NCBI RefSeq assembly: GCF_017876815.1
Contig: NZ_JAGIOS010000001.1
Coordinates: 1,500,001-1,532,000 of the forward strand
Direction of reading: 5' to 3'
Origin: Sinorhizobium meliloti
Lineage (GTDB): Bacteria > Pseudomonadota > Alphaproteobacteria > Rhizobiales > Rhizobiaceae
DNA length: 32,000 nucleotides
Below the pieces are notes generated by a model, which ran no database searches, had not been told where the DNA came from, and was given only the letters and a program-made list of their open reading frames with translations. Positions within the stretch are counted from its first letter, which is position 1; each line of letters begins with the position of its first letter. Both the position numbers and the translations under genes were made by a program. Of this stretch, positions 7,808 to 17,162 are shown one piece after another.

Positions 7808-7868
7808 CCCCCAAGGGGGGAGACGATAAGCGGCTTGACCTTCACCTATGAATCTCAAAACGCCTTAG
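7808..7868. repeat. Right half of the split REP-like element (includes the right target-site duplication 7808..7816)
   Basis: GGGGAGACGATAAGCGGCTTGACC aligns with GGGGAGAAGAGCGTATGCGGCAAGGCC of the intact copy near 13198. Outer arm TGAATCTCAAAACGCCTTAG (7849..7868) pairs with 6586..6605. Confidence 0.6.
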
Positions 7869-8149
7869 AGGCGCCTTGCCGCAATCCCGCCCGGAAAGTC
7901 AAACTCTTGCCCGATTCTTTGTGACATAGAGGGAGGCAAGGGGCGGCTCTCCAGTATCGACGTCGACCGGATCGGCAATCCGTGTGCGAATGGACCTCGA
8001 GGCGCGTTCGGGCGCAAAAAGGGGCGTTATCCCGAATCGTTGACGGTTTGGTAACCCGGATTAAGTCAAAATAAACTTAAATCGTGACTATGCGTTGCCC
8101 ATCCCACGCGGTATCGGGCGACCGTAAGCAAGACAAGCGGCAGGAACTC

Positions 8150-8653
8150 ATGTTTGTAAGAAAGATCGCAACTGCACTCGCACTCGTAATGGCTGCATCC
8201 GGCGTGGCTTCCGCTCAATCTCCGACGCGAATCCAGCAGTTCAACGCCTGGGGTGCATATTCCTACCAGGCCGGTAACGGCAAGGTCTGCTATGTGCTTT
8301 CCGTGCCCAAGGAAAGGACCCCGGCAAGTGTCGATCACGGCGATATCTTCTTCCTCGTTTCGCAGCGTCCGGGACAGAACATCAGCTATGAGCCACAGGC
8401 GATGATGGGGTATCCGCTGCAGGACAATTCCAAGGTCAACGTGGTGATCGACGGCCGCACCTTCGTCATGTTCACCAAGGGCAATTCCGCCTGGGTGGAA
8501 AATGCCGCCGAAGAGCCGGCACTGGTCGCTGCGATGAAGTCGGGCAAGGCCATGTCGGTCAACGCGAAATCGCGGCGCGGCACGGAAACCTCCTACTCGT
8601 ATTCGCTCTCCGGCATTTCGGCCGCCCTGAAGCAGATCGAGGCCTGCAAGTAA
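8150..8653 (+). CDS. Invasion-associated locus B (IalB) family periplasmic protein
   Basis: ORF 8084..8653. I moved the start to ATG 8150, which gives the signal peptide MFVRKIATALALVMAASGVASA. The mature part (FNAWGAYSYQAGNGKVCYVLS...) is typical of the IalB family. Confidence 0.8.
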   Translation: MFVRKIATALALVMAASGVASAQSPTRIQQFNAWGAYSYQAGNGKVCYVLSVPKERTPASVDHGDIFFLVSQRPGQNISYEPQAMMGYPLQDNSKVNVVIDGRTFVMFTKGNSAWVENAAEEPALVAAMKSGKAMSVNAKSRRGTETSYSYSLSGISAALKQIEACK

Positions 8654-8676
8654 ACTAAGCCCGCTTCACCGATCGC

Positions 8677-8703
8677 AAGGGCCGGCCGTGAGGTCGGCCT
8701 TTT
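8677..8703 (+). terminator. Intrinsic terminator after the IalB-family gene
   Basis: AAGGGCCGGCC-GTGA-GGTCGGCCTTT stem-loop (about 11 bp including G-U pairs) running into TTTTG. Confidence 0.6.
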
Positions 8704-8902
8704 GCGTTGGGGGCCAGGCGGATAGGGGCAGAAAAATGTCCCATGGTGACTCGCCGCAAAAAGAATGCTAAAGCGGCCGCAAATTCTGAGCCCCTGCGCC
8801 CCCGTCGAGCGCGTGACCGAGGCTCGCCAGATTTCAATTCGAGCATCGGAACAGGACCCGGAAAACGTCTCCGGACGAGCCGTCGCTTTACGACAGGACA
8901 AG

Positions 8903-10144
8903 ATGAGCATGGCAGCCACCGAGATTCTAAACAGGGCGGACATCGTCAAGGCGCCGCAGGTGCGGCTCGCGCCACAGCCGGAAAAGCCGTCGCTGATCGG
9001 CCTGTTGCGCGACGACATCGCGAAGCTGCTCGCCGAAAAGGGCGTGCCGGAGCGGCAGGTGAAGATGCGCGTCAGCCAGCTCTGGCACTGGCTTTACGTT
9101 CGCGGCGTCTCGGGTTTCGACGAGATGTCCAACGTCTCCAAGGACATGCGCGAGATGCTCAAGGAGCATTTCACCATTGCACGGCCGGACATCGTCGAAG
9201 AGCAGGTTTCGGGCGACGGCACGCGCAAGTGGCTGCTGCGCTTCCCCCCACGCGGCGCCGGCCGTCCGGTAGAGATCGAGACGGTCTACATTCCCGAGGA
9301 GGGCCGCGGCACGCTTTGCATTTCGAGCCAGGTCGGCTGCACGCTCACCTGTTCCTTCTGCCACACCGGCACGCAGAAGCTGGTGCGCAATCTGACGGCG
9401 GAAGAAATTCTTTCGCAGCTTCTGCTCGCCCGCGACCGGCTCGGCGATTTCCCCGAGCGCGACACGCCGCAGGGTGCGATCGTGCCGGCGGAAGGCCGCA
9501 AGATCACCAATATCGTGATGATGGGGATGGGCGAGCCGCTCTACAATTTCGAGAACGTCAAGACGGCGCTGCTGATCGCGTCCGACGGTGACGGGCTGTC
9601 GCTGTCGAAGCGGCGCATCACCCTTTCCACCTCCGGCATCGTGCCGGAGATCTACCGCACCGGTGAGGAAATCGGGGTGATGCTCGCGATTTCGCTTCAT
9701 GCAGTGCGTGACGATCTGCGCGACATGCTGGTGCCGATCAACAAGAAGTATCCGCTGAAGCAGCTGATGGAGGCCTGCCGCGCCTATCCGGGCTTGTCGA
9801 ATGCCCGCCGCATCACCTTCGAATATGTGATGCTGAAGGACGTCAACGACAGCCTGGAAGACGCCAAGGAACTGGTGAAACTTCTGAAGGGCATTCCGGC
9901 CAAGATCAACCTGATCCCCTTCAATCCCTGGCCGGGCACCAATTATCAGTGCTCGGACTGGGAACAGATCGAGAAGTTCGCCGACTTCATCAACCAGGCC
10001 GGCTACGCCTCGCCGATCCGCACCCCGCGCGGCCGCGACATTCTTGCCGCCTGCGGCCAGCTCAAGTCGGAATCGGAACGCATGCGCAAGGTCGACCGCC
10101 TCGCCTTCGAGGCGATGATGATCGCCAATCACGGCGAGGACTGA
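8903..10144 (+). CDS. rlmN: Radical-SAM 23S rRNA/tRNA adenine-C2 methyltransferase
   Basis: ORF 8765..10144. I moved the start to ATG 8903 ([10 protein letters not shown]...). Radical-SAM cluster motif [11 protein letters not shown] and C-terminal catalytic Cys context DILAACGQL are present. Length and blocks are typical of RlmN. Confidence 0.9.
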   Translation: MSMAATEILNRADIVKAPQVRLAPQPEKPSLIGLLRDDIAKLLAEKGVPERQVKMRVSQLWHWLYVRGVSGFDEMSNVSKDMREMLKEHFTIARPDIVEEQVSGDGTRKWLLRFPPRGAGRPVEIETVYIPEEGRGTLCISSQVGCTLTCSFCHTGTQKLVRNLTAEEILSQLLLARDRLGDFPERDTPQGAIVPAEGRKITNIVMMGMGEPLYNFENVKTALLIASDGDGLSLSKRRITLSTSGIVPEIYRTGEEIGVMLAISLHAVRDDLRDMLVPINKKYPLKQLMEACRAYPGLSNARRITFEYVMLKDVNDSLEDAKELVKLLKGIPAKINLIPFNPWPGTNYQCSDWEQIEKFADFINQAGYASPIRTPRGRDILAACGQLKSESERMRKVDRLAFEAMMIANHGED

Positions 10145-10348
10145 GGCGGCTCATCGCCCTTCCAGCCTCCCGGGGGGCCGCACGATCACCGCGATCGATG
10201 AAGAAGTTTGATGGATGAAGCTGTTTGCGCCGATTGATTTCGGCCCCTCGCTTTCCTAAGAAAGCGGCGGAATTATTCTGAAGCGGGATGCGGGAGGGAC
10301 GTTAGCCGGTCTTCCCGAAAATCGCTGACCAAAAACCGGAGGACACCC

Positions 10349-11302
10349 ATGCGTTCGCTTCTCATCGCGCTTGCCGCCACGGTCGCGCTTTCTCTGCCGG
10401 CACGCGCCGACGAGGTCACGGTTGCCGTCACGGCAATCGTCGAACATCCCGCGCTCGATGCCGCGCGCGACGGCGTCAAGGATGCGCTGGCCGCCGCCGG
10501 CTACAAGGAAGGCGAGAACCTCAAGTTCATCTACGAGTCGGCGCAGGGCAACCCGGCGACCGCAGCTCAGATCGCCCGTCAGTTCGCGGGCGAAGCCCCG
10601 AGCGTGATCGTGCCGATCTCCACCCCGTCGGCCCAGGCCGTGGTTTCCTCTACCCGCGATATTCCCGTTGTCTTCACCGCCGTTTCCGATCCGCTGGGCG
10701 CGCAGCTCGTCAAGGACATGGAGAAGCCCGGCGGCAACGTCACCGGTCTTTCCGACCTTTCCCCGGTTGCCGAGCACGTGGCGCTGATCAAGGAGATCCT
10801 GCCGAACGTCAAGACCATAGGCTATCTCTACAATTCGGGCGAAGCGAACTCCGTCTCGCTGCTGGCGGTCCTCAAGGAAGAGGCTGAAAAGGCCGGCCTG
10901 AGCGTGATCGAATCCGCCGCGACGAAATCGGCCGAGGTCCAGGGTGCGGCTCGTGCGCTCGTCGGCCGCGCCGACGCGATCTATATCCCGACGGACAACA
11001 CCATCATCTCCGCCCTCGAAGGCGCTGTCGCCGTCGCCGAGGAAAGCAAGCTGCCGCTCTTCACCGCCGATACCGATTCCGTCTCCCGCGGCGCGGTTGC
11101 GGCGCTCGGCTTCAATTACTATGACGTCGGCAAGCAGACGGGCGAGGTCGTCGTTCGCGTCCTCAAGGGCGAAAACCCCGGGGATATCGCCGTCAAGGTC
11201 GCCGCCGGAACCGATCTCGTGATCAACAAGGGCGCCGCCACCCGGATGGGCGTCACGCTGCCGGAGAGCGTCGTCGGCCGGGCGACCCGCACGATCGAGT
11301 AG
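10349..11302 (+). CDS. ABC transporter substrate-binding protein, ABC_sub_bind (PF04392) type
   Basis: 317 aa with signal peptide MRSLLIALAATVALSLPARA. GGAGGA Shine-Dalgarno. Followed by the matching permease and ATPase of this three-gene family (the KEGG putative tryptophan/tyrosine transport system type). Confidence 0.85.
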   Translation: MRSLLIALAATVALSLPARADEVTVAVTAIVEHPALDAARDGVKDALAAAGYKEGENLKFIYESAQGNPATAAQIARQFAGEAPSVIVPISTPSAQAVVSSTRDIPVVFTAVSDPLGAQLVKDMEKPGGNVTGLSDLSPVAEHVALIKEILPNVKTIGYLYNSGEANSVSLLAVLKEEAEKAGLSVIESAATKSAEVQGAARALVGRADAIYIPTDNTIISALEGAVAVAEESKLPLFTADTDSVSRGAVAALGFNYYDVGKQTGEVVVRVLKGENPGDIAVKVAAGTDLVINKGAATRMGVTLPESVVGRATRTIE

Positions 11303-11336
11303 CGATCCGCCCTATCCGGACGATCATTGTCTTTTT

Positions 11337-11363
11337 GCCGCCCCCGTTTCATACGGGGGCGGT
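11337..11363 (+). other. Strong intercistronic hairpin after the SBP gene
   Basis: GCCGCCCCCG-TTTCATA-CGGGGGCGGT (10-bp stem). There is no U-run after it; the T-run precedes it. A second hairpin GTTCCGCA-N12-TGCGGAAC lies at 11422..11449. Confidence 0.45.
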
Positions 11364-11472
11364 TCGCTTATCGAGCGGGATGCGGAAATGGTGTGCATCC
11401 TGCTTCAACTTCAGAATACGTGTTCCGCATGCACCTCAGCCTGCGGAACATCCGAGAAGAGGACTACCGGCG

Positions 11473-12351
11473 TTGAGTCAAATCGCTTTCTGGGGAGCCG
11501 TGGAACTGGGGCTTGTCTATGCCTTCGTCGCCGTCGGCGTCTTTCTCGCCTTCCGGGTGCTCGACTTTCCGGATCTGACCGTTGACGGCTCCTTTCCGCT
11601 TGGCGCCGCAGTCACCGCGGTCCTGATCATTGCCGGCGTCAATCCCTGGCTTGCCGCAGCGGTGGCGATGGTCGCCGGTGCCGCCGCAGGCATGGTGACG
11701 GCCCTGTTGAACGTGCGGTTCAAGATCCTGAACCTGCTCGCCTCGATCCTGACGATGATTGCGCTTTTCTCGGTCAATCTCCGCGTCATGGGCAAGCCGA
11801 ACGTCGCATTGATCAATGCCGACACGATGCTTTCGCCCTTCTACGGTCTCGGTCTGCGGGACTTCTATGTGCGCCCGCTTTTCGTCGGGATTCTGGTCGC
11901 CTTTGCCGTCGTTCTCGTCTGGCGCTTTCTTGAAAGCGATGCGGGCCTCGCGATGCGGGCGACCGGCGCCAATGCCCGCATGGCGCGGGCACAAGGGGTC
12001 GACACCAGCAGGCAGATCTATCTCGGCATGGCGATCTCCAACGCGCTCGTCGCCCTCGGCGGTGCGCTCTTTGCCCAGACCAACGGTTTTGCCGACGTGA
12101 CCTCGGGTGTCGGGACGATCGTCGTCGGGCTTGCCGCCGTGATCATCGGCGAGACGCTGCTCGGCGCCCGCGGCATTCTGATCGCGCTCATCGGCTGCGT
12201 GCTCGGGTCGATCCTCTACCGCATCGCCATCCAGGTGGCGCTTTCGACCGATACGCTCGGCCTGCAGGCTTCCGATCTCAATTTCGTGACTGCGCTGCTG
12301 GTGACTATAGCGCTCATCCTGCCCCGTCTGCGCCGCGGAGGTGCCGCATGA
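11473..12351 (+). CDS. ABC transporter permease (partner of the PF04392 SBP)
   Basis: ORF 11335..12351. The first 46 codons are not membrane-protein-like, so I placed the start at in-frame TTG 11473, preceded by GAAGAGGA, giving (M)SQIAFWGAVELGLVYAFVAVGVFLAF. Multi-TM throughout. The stop overlaps the next ATG (ATGA). Confidence 0.8.
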   Translation: MSQIAFWGAVELGLVYAFVAVGVFLAFRVLDFPDLTVDGSFPLGAAVTAVLIIAGVNPWLAAAVAMVAGAAAGMVTALLNVRFKILNLLASILTMIALFSVNLRVMGKPNVALINADTMLSPFYGLGLRDFYVRPLFVGILVAFAVVLVWRFLESDAGLAMRATGANARMARAQGVDTSRQIYLGMAISNALVALGGALFAQTNGFADVTSGVGTIVVGLAAVIIGETLLGARGILIALIGCVLGSILYRIAIQVALSTDTLGLQASDLNFVTALLVTIALILPRLRRGGAA

Positions 12352-13142
12352 TCAACGTCGAAAACATCCAGGTCGTCTTCGGCAAGGGCACGCCGCTCCA
12401 GAAGCAGGCGTTGAACGGCGTCAGCCTGACCATCGAGGAAGGCTCCTTCGTCACGGTCATCGGCTCGAACGGCGCCGGCAAGTCGACGCTTCTCGGGGTT
12501 CTTGCCGGCGACGTGCTGCCGAGCGGCGGCCGCGTCACGATCGGCACGACCGACGTGACGCGCAAGGGCACGGCGGCCCGCGCCGGGCTGGTGGCGCGCG
12601 TCTTCCAGGATCCGCTTGCCGGCAGTTGCGGCGCTCTCTCGATCGAGGAAAACCTGGCGCTGGCCGCAAGGCGCGGCGAAAGCCGCGGCCTGACGCCGGC
12701 GCTCGGCTCGAAGCGGCGCGAGCATTTCCGCGAGCGCATCGCCGAACTCAATCTGGGTCTCGAAAACCGCATGCGCGACCGCATGGACCTGCTTTCGGGC
12801 GGCCAGCGCCAGGCGGTCTCGCTGGTGATGGCGACGCTTGCCGGCTCCGAGGTGCTGCTGCTCGACGAGCACACGGCGGCACTCGACCCGGGCATGGCCG
12901 AGTTCATCATGAACCTCACCCAGAAGATCGTCTCGGAGCGCAAGCTGACGACGCTGATGGTGACGCATTCGATGCGCCAGGCGCTCGATTTCGGCCACCG
13001 CACCATCATGCTCCATGGCGGCGAGATCGTGCTCGACGTCGCGGGCGATAGCCGCAAGACGCTTCAGGTCGAGGACCTCATCGCCATGTTCCGCCGCATC
13101 CGCGGGCAGACGCTGGACGACGATGCGCTACTGATCGGGTAG
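12348..13142 (+). CDS. ABC transporter ATP-binding protein (partner of the PF04392 SBP)
   Basis: 264 aa. Walker A GSNGAGKST, signature LSGGQRQ, Walker B VLLLDEHTAALD. Confidence 0.9.
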   Translation: MINVENIQVVFGKGTPLQKQALNGVSLTIEEGSFVTVIGSNGAGKSTLLGVLAGDVLPSGGRVTIGTTDVTRKGTAARAGLVARVFQDPLAGSCGALSIEENLALAARRGESRGLTPALGSKRREHFRERIAELNLGLENRMRDRMDLLSGGQRQAVSLVMATLAGSEVLLLDEHTAALDPGMAEFIMNLTQKIVSERKLTTLMVTHSMRQALDFGHRTIMLHGGEIVLDVAGDSRKTLQVEDLIAMFRRIRGQTLDDDALLIG

Positions 13143-13160
13143 CGTTCCTTCCCGGACTTT

Positions 13161-13253
13161 GCCCCTCATCTGCCTGCCGGCATCTTCTCCCCGCTCGCGG
13201 GGAGAAGAGCGTATGCGGCAAGGCCGGAACAAGGCGGCAGCCGGATGAGGGGC
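13161..13253. repeat. Intact copy of the REP-like palindromic intergenic element
   Basis: Outer arms GCCCCTCATC...GGATGAGGGGC. Inner hairpin CTTCTCCCCG-CTCG-CGGGGAGAAG (13184..13207). Same family as the element split by the IS at 6586..7868. Confidence 0.75.
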
Positions 13254-13275
13254 CACGCTCCGGGAGCGACGAAAC

Positions 13276-13917
13276 TCAGCGCGTCTGCGTGAAGAAGATC
13301 TTGACCGCGAATATGGAAAAGACGCCGGCGAAACCGTAGTCGATCGCCCGCATCACGCGCCTGTTGCGCTGCAGCCAGGCTGCGAGCCAGTCGGCAGCAA
13401 GAACGACCAATGCGTTCACCGGCATGCCTATCGCGATGAAGAAGAAACCGAGGAAGAGCAGCTTGCCCGTCACGGCGGGATCGTTCGCAGTGACGAACTG
13501 CGGCAGGAAGGTCATGAAGAAGATCACCACCTTCGGGTTCAGAATGTTGACCGAGAAGCCGGTCGCGATGTTCGAAAGGATCGTACCCTTCGCCTCCGTC
13601 ACCTTCGTCACCGACAGGCTGGACCCGTAGCGGATCGCCTGGATCGCGAGCCATAGGAGATAGGCGGCGCCCCCGGTCTTCAGCACCAGGAAGGCGGTCG
13701 GGGATGCGGTGATCAGCGCCGAGATGCCGAAGGCGACGAGCAGCGTATGGACGACGATGCCGAGCCCGGTGCCGACCACGACGAAAAGGGCGGCCTTCTT
13801 TCCCTGCGCCAACGCCCGGGTGATCGAAAGCGTCATGTCGGGACCCGGCGTCGCGGCGAGCAGGAGGCTTGCAGCGGCGAATGCGATGAGCGTCGGCAGG
13901 CTGGGAACGAAGTCCAT
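13276..13917 (-). CDS. LysE/RhtB-family amino-acid exporter
   Basis: 213 aa with about six TM helices. N-terminal [26 protein letters not shown] block is typical of the LysE superfamily. GAGGA Shine-Dalgarno. Confidence 0.85.
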   Translation of the reverse strand: MDFVPSLPTLIAFAAASLLLAATPGPDMTLSITRALAQGKKAALFVVVGTGLGIVVHTLLVAFGISALITASPTAFLVLKTGGAAYLLWLAIQAIRYGSSLSVTKVTEAKGTILSNIATGFSVNILNPKVVIFFMTFLPQFVTANDPAVTGKLLFLGFFFIAIGMPVNALVVLAADWLAAWLQRNRRVMRAIDYGFAGVFSIFAVKIFFTQTR

Positions 13918-14129
13918 GGCGCATTCCTCGAGAGGCGGTTCTTTCTGATACCGCCGGCCCGGCGCTTTTGCCAGCGGATTCGCGGGAGCTGGCCTACAGA
14001 TCGGCTACGATCAGAGGAAACTTGCAGTTCCGCTTGTATCCCCGCAAGTTCTGGCTAAAGTGCCGCAGATTTTCGATGCGGCAGCGCCGCACCCGAGAGC
14101 CTGACAAAACGAGCAGACGGACAAAAACC

Positions 14130-15347
14130 ATGGCATCGCATAAAGACGTGAAGAAGGTCGTTCTCGCCTATTCCGGCGGTCTCGACACCTCGATCATCCT
14201 CAAATGGCTGCAGACGGAACTGGGCGCCGAAGTGGTGACCTTCACCGCGGACCTCGGCCAGGGCGAAGAACTGGAGCCGGCGCGCAAGAAGGCGGAGATG
14301 CTCGGCATCAAGGAGATCTATATCGAGGACGTCCGCGAGGAATTCGTGAGGGACTTCGTGTTCCCGATGTTCCGCGCCAATGCCGTCTATGAAGGCGTCT
14401 ACCTGCTCGGCACCTCCATCGCCCGTCCGCTGATCTCCAAACACCTCATCGATATCGCCAGGAAGACCGGCGCCGACGCGATCGCCCATGGCGCGACCGG
14501 CAAGGGCAACGACCAGGTCCGCTTCGAACTTTCGGCTTACGCGCTCAATCCGGACATCAAGATCATCGCCCCCTGGCGCGACTGGTCGTTCAAGAGCCGC
14601 ACCGATCTGCTCGAATTCGCCGAGAAGCACCAGATTCCGGTCGCCAAGGACAAGAAGGGCGAGGCGCCTTTCTCCGTCGACGCCAACCTCCTGCACTCCT
14701 CCTCGGAAGGAAAAGTGCTGGAGGACCCGGCCCGGGAAGCTCCCGAATACGTGCACATGCGCACCATTTCGCCGGAAGCGGCACCTGACAAGGCAACCGT
14801 CATCAAGGTCGGCTTCGAACGTGGCGATGCCGTGTCGATCGACGGGGTACGCATGTCGCCGGCAACGCTTCTTGCGAAGCTCAACGAATACGGCCGCGAC
14901 AACGGCATCGGCCGCCTGGACCTCGTCGAGAACCGTTTCGTCGGCATGAAGTCGCGCGGCGTCTACGAAACCCCCGGCGGCACGATCCTGCTTGCGGCCC
15001 ATCGTGCGATCGAGAGCATCACGCTCGACCGCGGCGCGGCGCATCTGAAGGACGAGCTGATGCCGCGCTATGCCGAGCTCATCTATTACGGCTTCTGGTT
15101 CTCTCCGGAGCGCGAAATGCTGCAGGCGGCGATCGACAGGAGCCAGGAGCATGTGGAAGGCGAAGTGACGCTGAAGCTCTACAAGGGCAATGTCATGGTC
15201 ATCGGCCGCGAAAGCGGCAAGTCGCTCTATTCCGACAAGCTCGTCACCTTCGAGGACGATCAGGGCGCCTACGACCAGAAGGATGCCGCCGGCTTCATCA
15301 AGCTCAACGCGCTGCGTCTGCGCACGCTGGCAGCGCGCAACCGGTAA
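14130..15347 (+). CDS. argG: Argininosuccinate synthase
   Basis: ORF 13968..15347. I moved the start to ATG 14130 ([21 protein letters not shown], the ATP-pyrophosphatase motif). Conserved blocks [15 protein letters not shown] and [24 protein letters not shown] are present. Confidence 0.95.
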   Translation: MASHKDVKKVVLAYSGGLDTSIILKWLQTELGAEVVTFTADLGQGEELEPARKKAEMLGIKEIYIEDVREEFVRDFVFPMFRANAVYEGVYLLGTSIARPLISKHLIDIARKTGADAIAHGATGKGNDQVRFELSAYALNPDIKIIAPWRDWSFKSRTDLLEFAEKHQIPVAKDKKGEAPFSVDANLLHSSSEGKVLEDPAREAPEYVHMRTISPEAAPDKATVIKVGFERGDAVSIDGVRMSPATLLAKLNEYGRDNGIGRLDLVENRFVGMKSRGVYETPGGTILLAAHRAIESITLDRGAAHLKDELMPRYAELIYYGFWFSPEREMLQAAIDRSQEHVEGEVTLKLYKGNVMVIGRESGKSLYSDKLVTFEDDQGAYDQKDAAGFIKLNALRLRTLAARNR

Positions 15348-15372
15348 GCTCTGAAGGATTACAAGTCGGGAG

Positions 15373-15403
15373 CCGCGGTGGATCACTCCGCCGCGGTTTT
15401 TTT
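15373..15403 (+). terminator. Intrinsic terminator after argG (could act bidirectionally with the convergent MFS gene)
   Basis: CCGCGGTGG-ATCACT-CCGCCGCGG stem followed by TTTTTTT. Confidence 0.75.
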
Positions 15404-15410
15404 ATCTTGC

Positions 15411-16649
15411 TCACTCCGCCGCTTCGCTCAGCGGCGTCTCCGCAGCCGCCGGCGCGACCAGCGGTCTCAGGCGAACCGTCCTGCGGTACCAGAAATAGCT
15501 TGCAAGCGAGAGAAGGCCGAAGCTCGGAATGATCGTTCCGAGCGCCATGGCCGGTACGCCGACGAGAGCGGCAAGCGCGCCGCCGAGAAGCCCGGCGCTC
15601 ATCTGGATGAAGCCCATCATCGCCGAAGCCGTGCCGGCGATATGCGGGAAGGGGGCCATCGCCGCCGTCATCATGTAGGGCATGACGAAGGCGATGCCGA
15701 AGGCATAGATCCCGATCGGCGTCATCACCGAGAGGAAGGTCGGTTCCAGCGCATGCATGGTGAAGGCGAGGGCGAGGCTCGCCGCGCCGATGAAGAAGAG
15801 ACCGGCCGGCACGAGCGCCTGCGGCGTGAAGCGACGCATCATGAGGCGCATCGTGACCGTGCCCGAAAAGAACAGGCCCGATTGCATGAGCATGCCGATG
15901 CCGAACTCGGTCGGGGTGAGCCCGACCTGGCTGATCAGCACGAAGGGCAGCATGGTCGCCCATGCGTAGAGCGCGCCGACCGCGCCGGCGATCACCAATG
16001 TCGAGGACACGAAGCGGCCGTCCCTCATAAGCTCGCCATAGGCTGCGAGAATGGGCCTGAAATGCCCCTTGCTGCGGTCCGGCGTCGTCGTTTCCGCCAT
16101 GAAGAGCTGCACGATGAAGCACGCCATCAGCGCGAAGCCGACCATCAGCAGGAAGATCGACTGCCAGCCGAAGAGGCCAAGCGCGATACCGCCAAGGGTG
16201 GGCGAGACCGCCGGCCCGAGCGCCAGCATCATGCCGATCATGTTCATGATGCGCGCCGCCGTCGTGCCGGTGAACTGGTCGCGAACGATGGCGCGCGCCA
16301 CGGTCATTCCGACGGAGGCGCCGATTCCCTGCACGAGGCGGCCCGCGAGCAGCACCGGGATGGAGGGCGCGAAGGCCGCCATCAGGCTGCCTGCGAGATA
16401 GATCGCCATGAAGATCAGCGTTGTCCGCCGCCGGCCGATGACGTCGGAAAGCGTTCCCGAGACGAGCTGGGCAAAGGCGAAGCCGCCGAAATAGAGCGAC
16501 AGCGTCATCTTGATCGCTGCTTCGCTGGAGGCGAAGGCACGCACGAGCTCCGGCATCGCCGGCGTGTAGAGCGCCATCGAGATGGGGCCGAGCGCCACCA
16601 GGAAGGCGCCGATGATGCTCGTGCGCCGCTCGCTCATCCGGAGCGTCAT
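15411..16649 (-). CDS. MFS transporter, Bcr/CflA-type drug efflux
   Basis: ORF 15411..16682. I placed the start at ATG 16649, which forms an ATGA overlap with the marR stop. It has 12 TM-like segments and the MFS motif GTLSDVIGRRRT. Confidence 0.85.
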   Translation of the reverse strand: MTLRMSERRTSIIGAFLVALGPISMALYTPAMPELVRAFASSEAAIKMTLSLYFGGFAFAQLVSGTLSDVIGRRRTTLIFMAIYLAGSLMAAFAPSIPVLLAGRLVQGIGASVGMTVARAIVRDQFTGTTAARIMNMIGMMLALGPAVSPTLGGIALGLFGWQSIFLLMVGFALMACFIVQLFMAETTTPDRSKGHFRPILAAYGELMRDGRFVSSTLVIAGAVGALYAWATMLPFVLISQVGLTPTEFGIGMLMQSGLFFSGTVTMRLMMRRFTPQALVPAGLFFIGAASLALAFTMHALEPTFLSVMTPIGIYAFGIAFVMPYMMTAAMAPFPHIAGTASAMMGFIQMSAGLLGGALAALVGVPAMALGTIIPSFGLLSLASYFWYRRTVRLRPLVAPAAAETPLSEAAE

Positions 16650-17125
16650 TCGGCCGCCCCCTTCTCCCTGCCGGCGAGGCACGGGTCGAGGCGGCGGAGA
16701 CTGTCCCGGAGGATTCTCAGGTTTGCGCGCAGGACCTCCCGTCCGTCGTCGCCCAGGTCCTCGGTGTAAGCATTCATCATTTCACGCAGGCCCGACATCA
16801 GCTCGGTGATGAGCGGGTCGGCCTTGTCGGTCACGATGACGTTCTTGGCGCGCCGGTCCGCCGGATCCGGCACGCGCGCCACGAGGCCCATCGCTTCCAG
16901 GCGGTCGAGATAGGCGGAGAGGGTCATGGGCTCGATCCCCATGCGGGTCGCGATCTCCGCCTGCTTGATGCCCTCGGTGACGGCCACCTGGACCAATGTG
17001 CGCGCCTCGCCGGGCGTGATCCCGAGGTCCATCGCATTGACCTTGCGATCGAAGGCACCGCGCAACAGGCGGGAGACATCGGTGAGAAGCATCCCGATCG
17101 TATCGGATTCGAGTTTCCTGGGCAT
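16646..17125 (-). CDS. MarR-family transcriptional regulator
   Basis: 159 aa. Winged-helix region GITPGEARTLVQVAVTEGIKQAEIATRMGIEPMTLSAYLDRLEAMGLVARVPDPADRRAK. Translationally coupled to the downstream MFS gene. Confidence 0.85.
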   Translation of the reverse strand: MPRKLESDTIGMLLTDVSRLLRGAFDRKVNAMDLGITPGEARTLVQVAVTEGIKQAEIATRMGIEPMTLSAYLDRLEAMGLVARVPDPADRRAKNVIVTDKADPLITELMSGLREMMNAYTEDLGDDGREVLRANLRILRDSLRRLDPCLAGREKGAAE

Positions 17126-17147
17126 TTGATCGATCGCGTTGGAAATA

Positions 17148-17162
17148 ATAAGCTTTGCTTAT
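17148..17162. promoter_or_regulatory. Candidate MarR operator palindrome
   Basis: ATAAGC-TTT-GCTTAT lies 23-37 nt upstream of the marR ATG, in an unusually AT-rich patch. Confidence 0.3.

Noticed and set aside
6596-7924. 442-aa plus-strand ORF across the IS
   Set aside because: It is antisense to the ISAs1 transposase, crosses both IS ends and the flanking repeats, and has no recognisable domain.
9083-9100. TGGCAC-N5-TTAC resembling a sigma-54 promoter
   Set aside because: It lies inside the rlmN coding sequence, the -12 element does not match TTGC, and no gene sits downstream for it to drive.
8927-10132. 401-aa minus-strand ORF
   Set aside because: It is antisense to rlmN, whose radical-SAM CxxxCxxC motif and overall blocks are unambiguous.
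14055-16769. Long ORFs 14055..15386 (-) and 15378..16769 (+)
   Set aside because: They are antisense to argG and to the MFS transporter respectively. Both are typical high-GC shadow ORFs, and the sense-strand genes carry clear family motifs.
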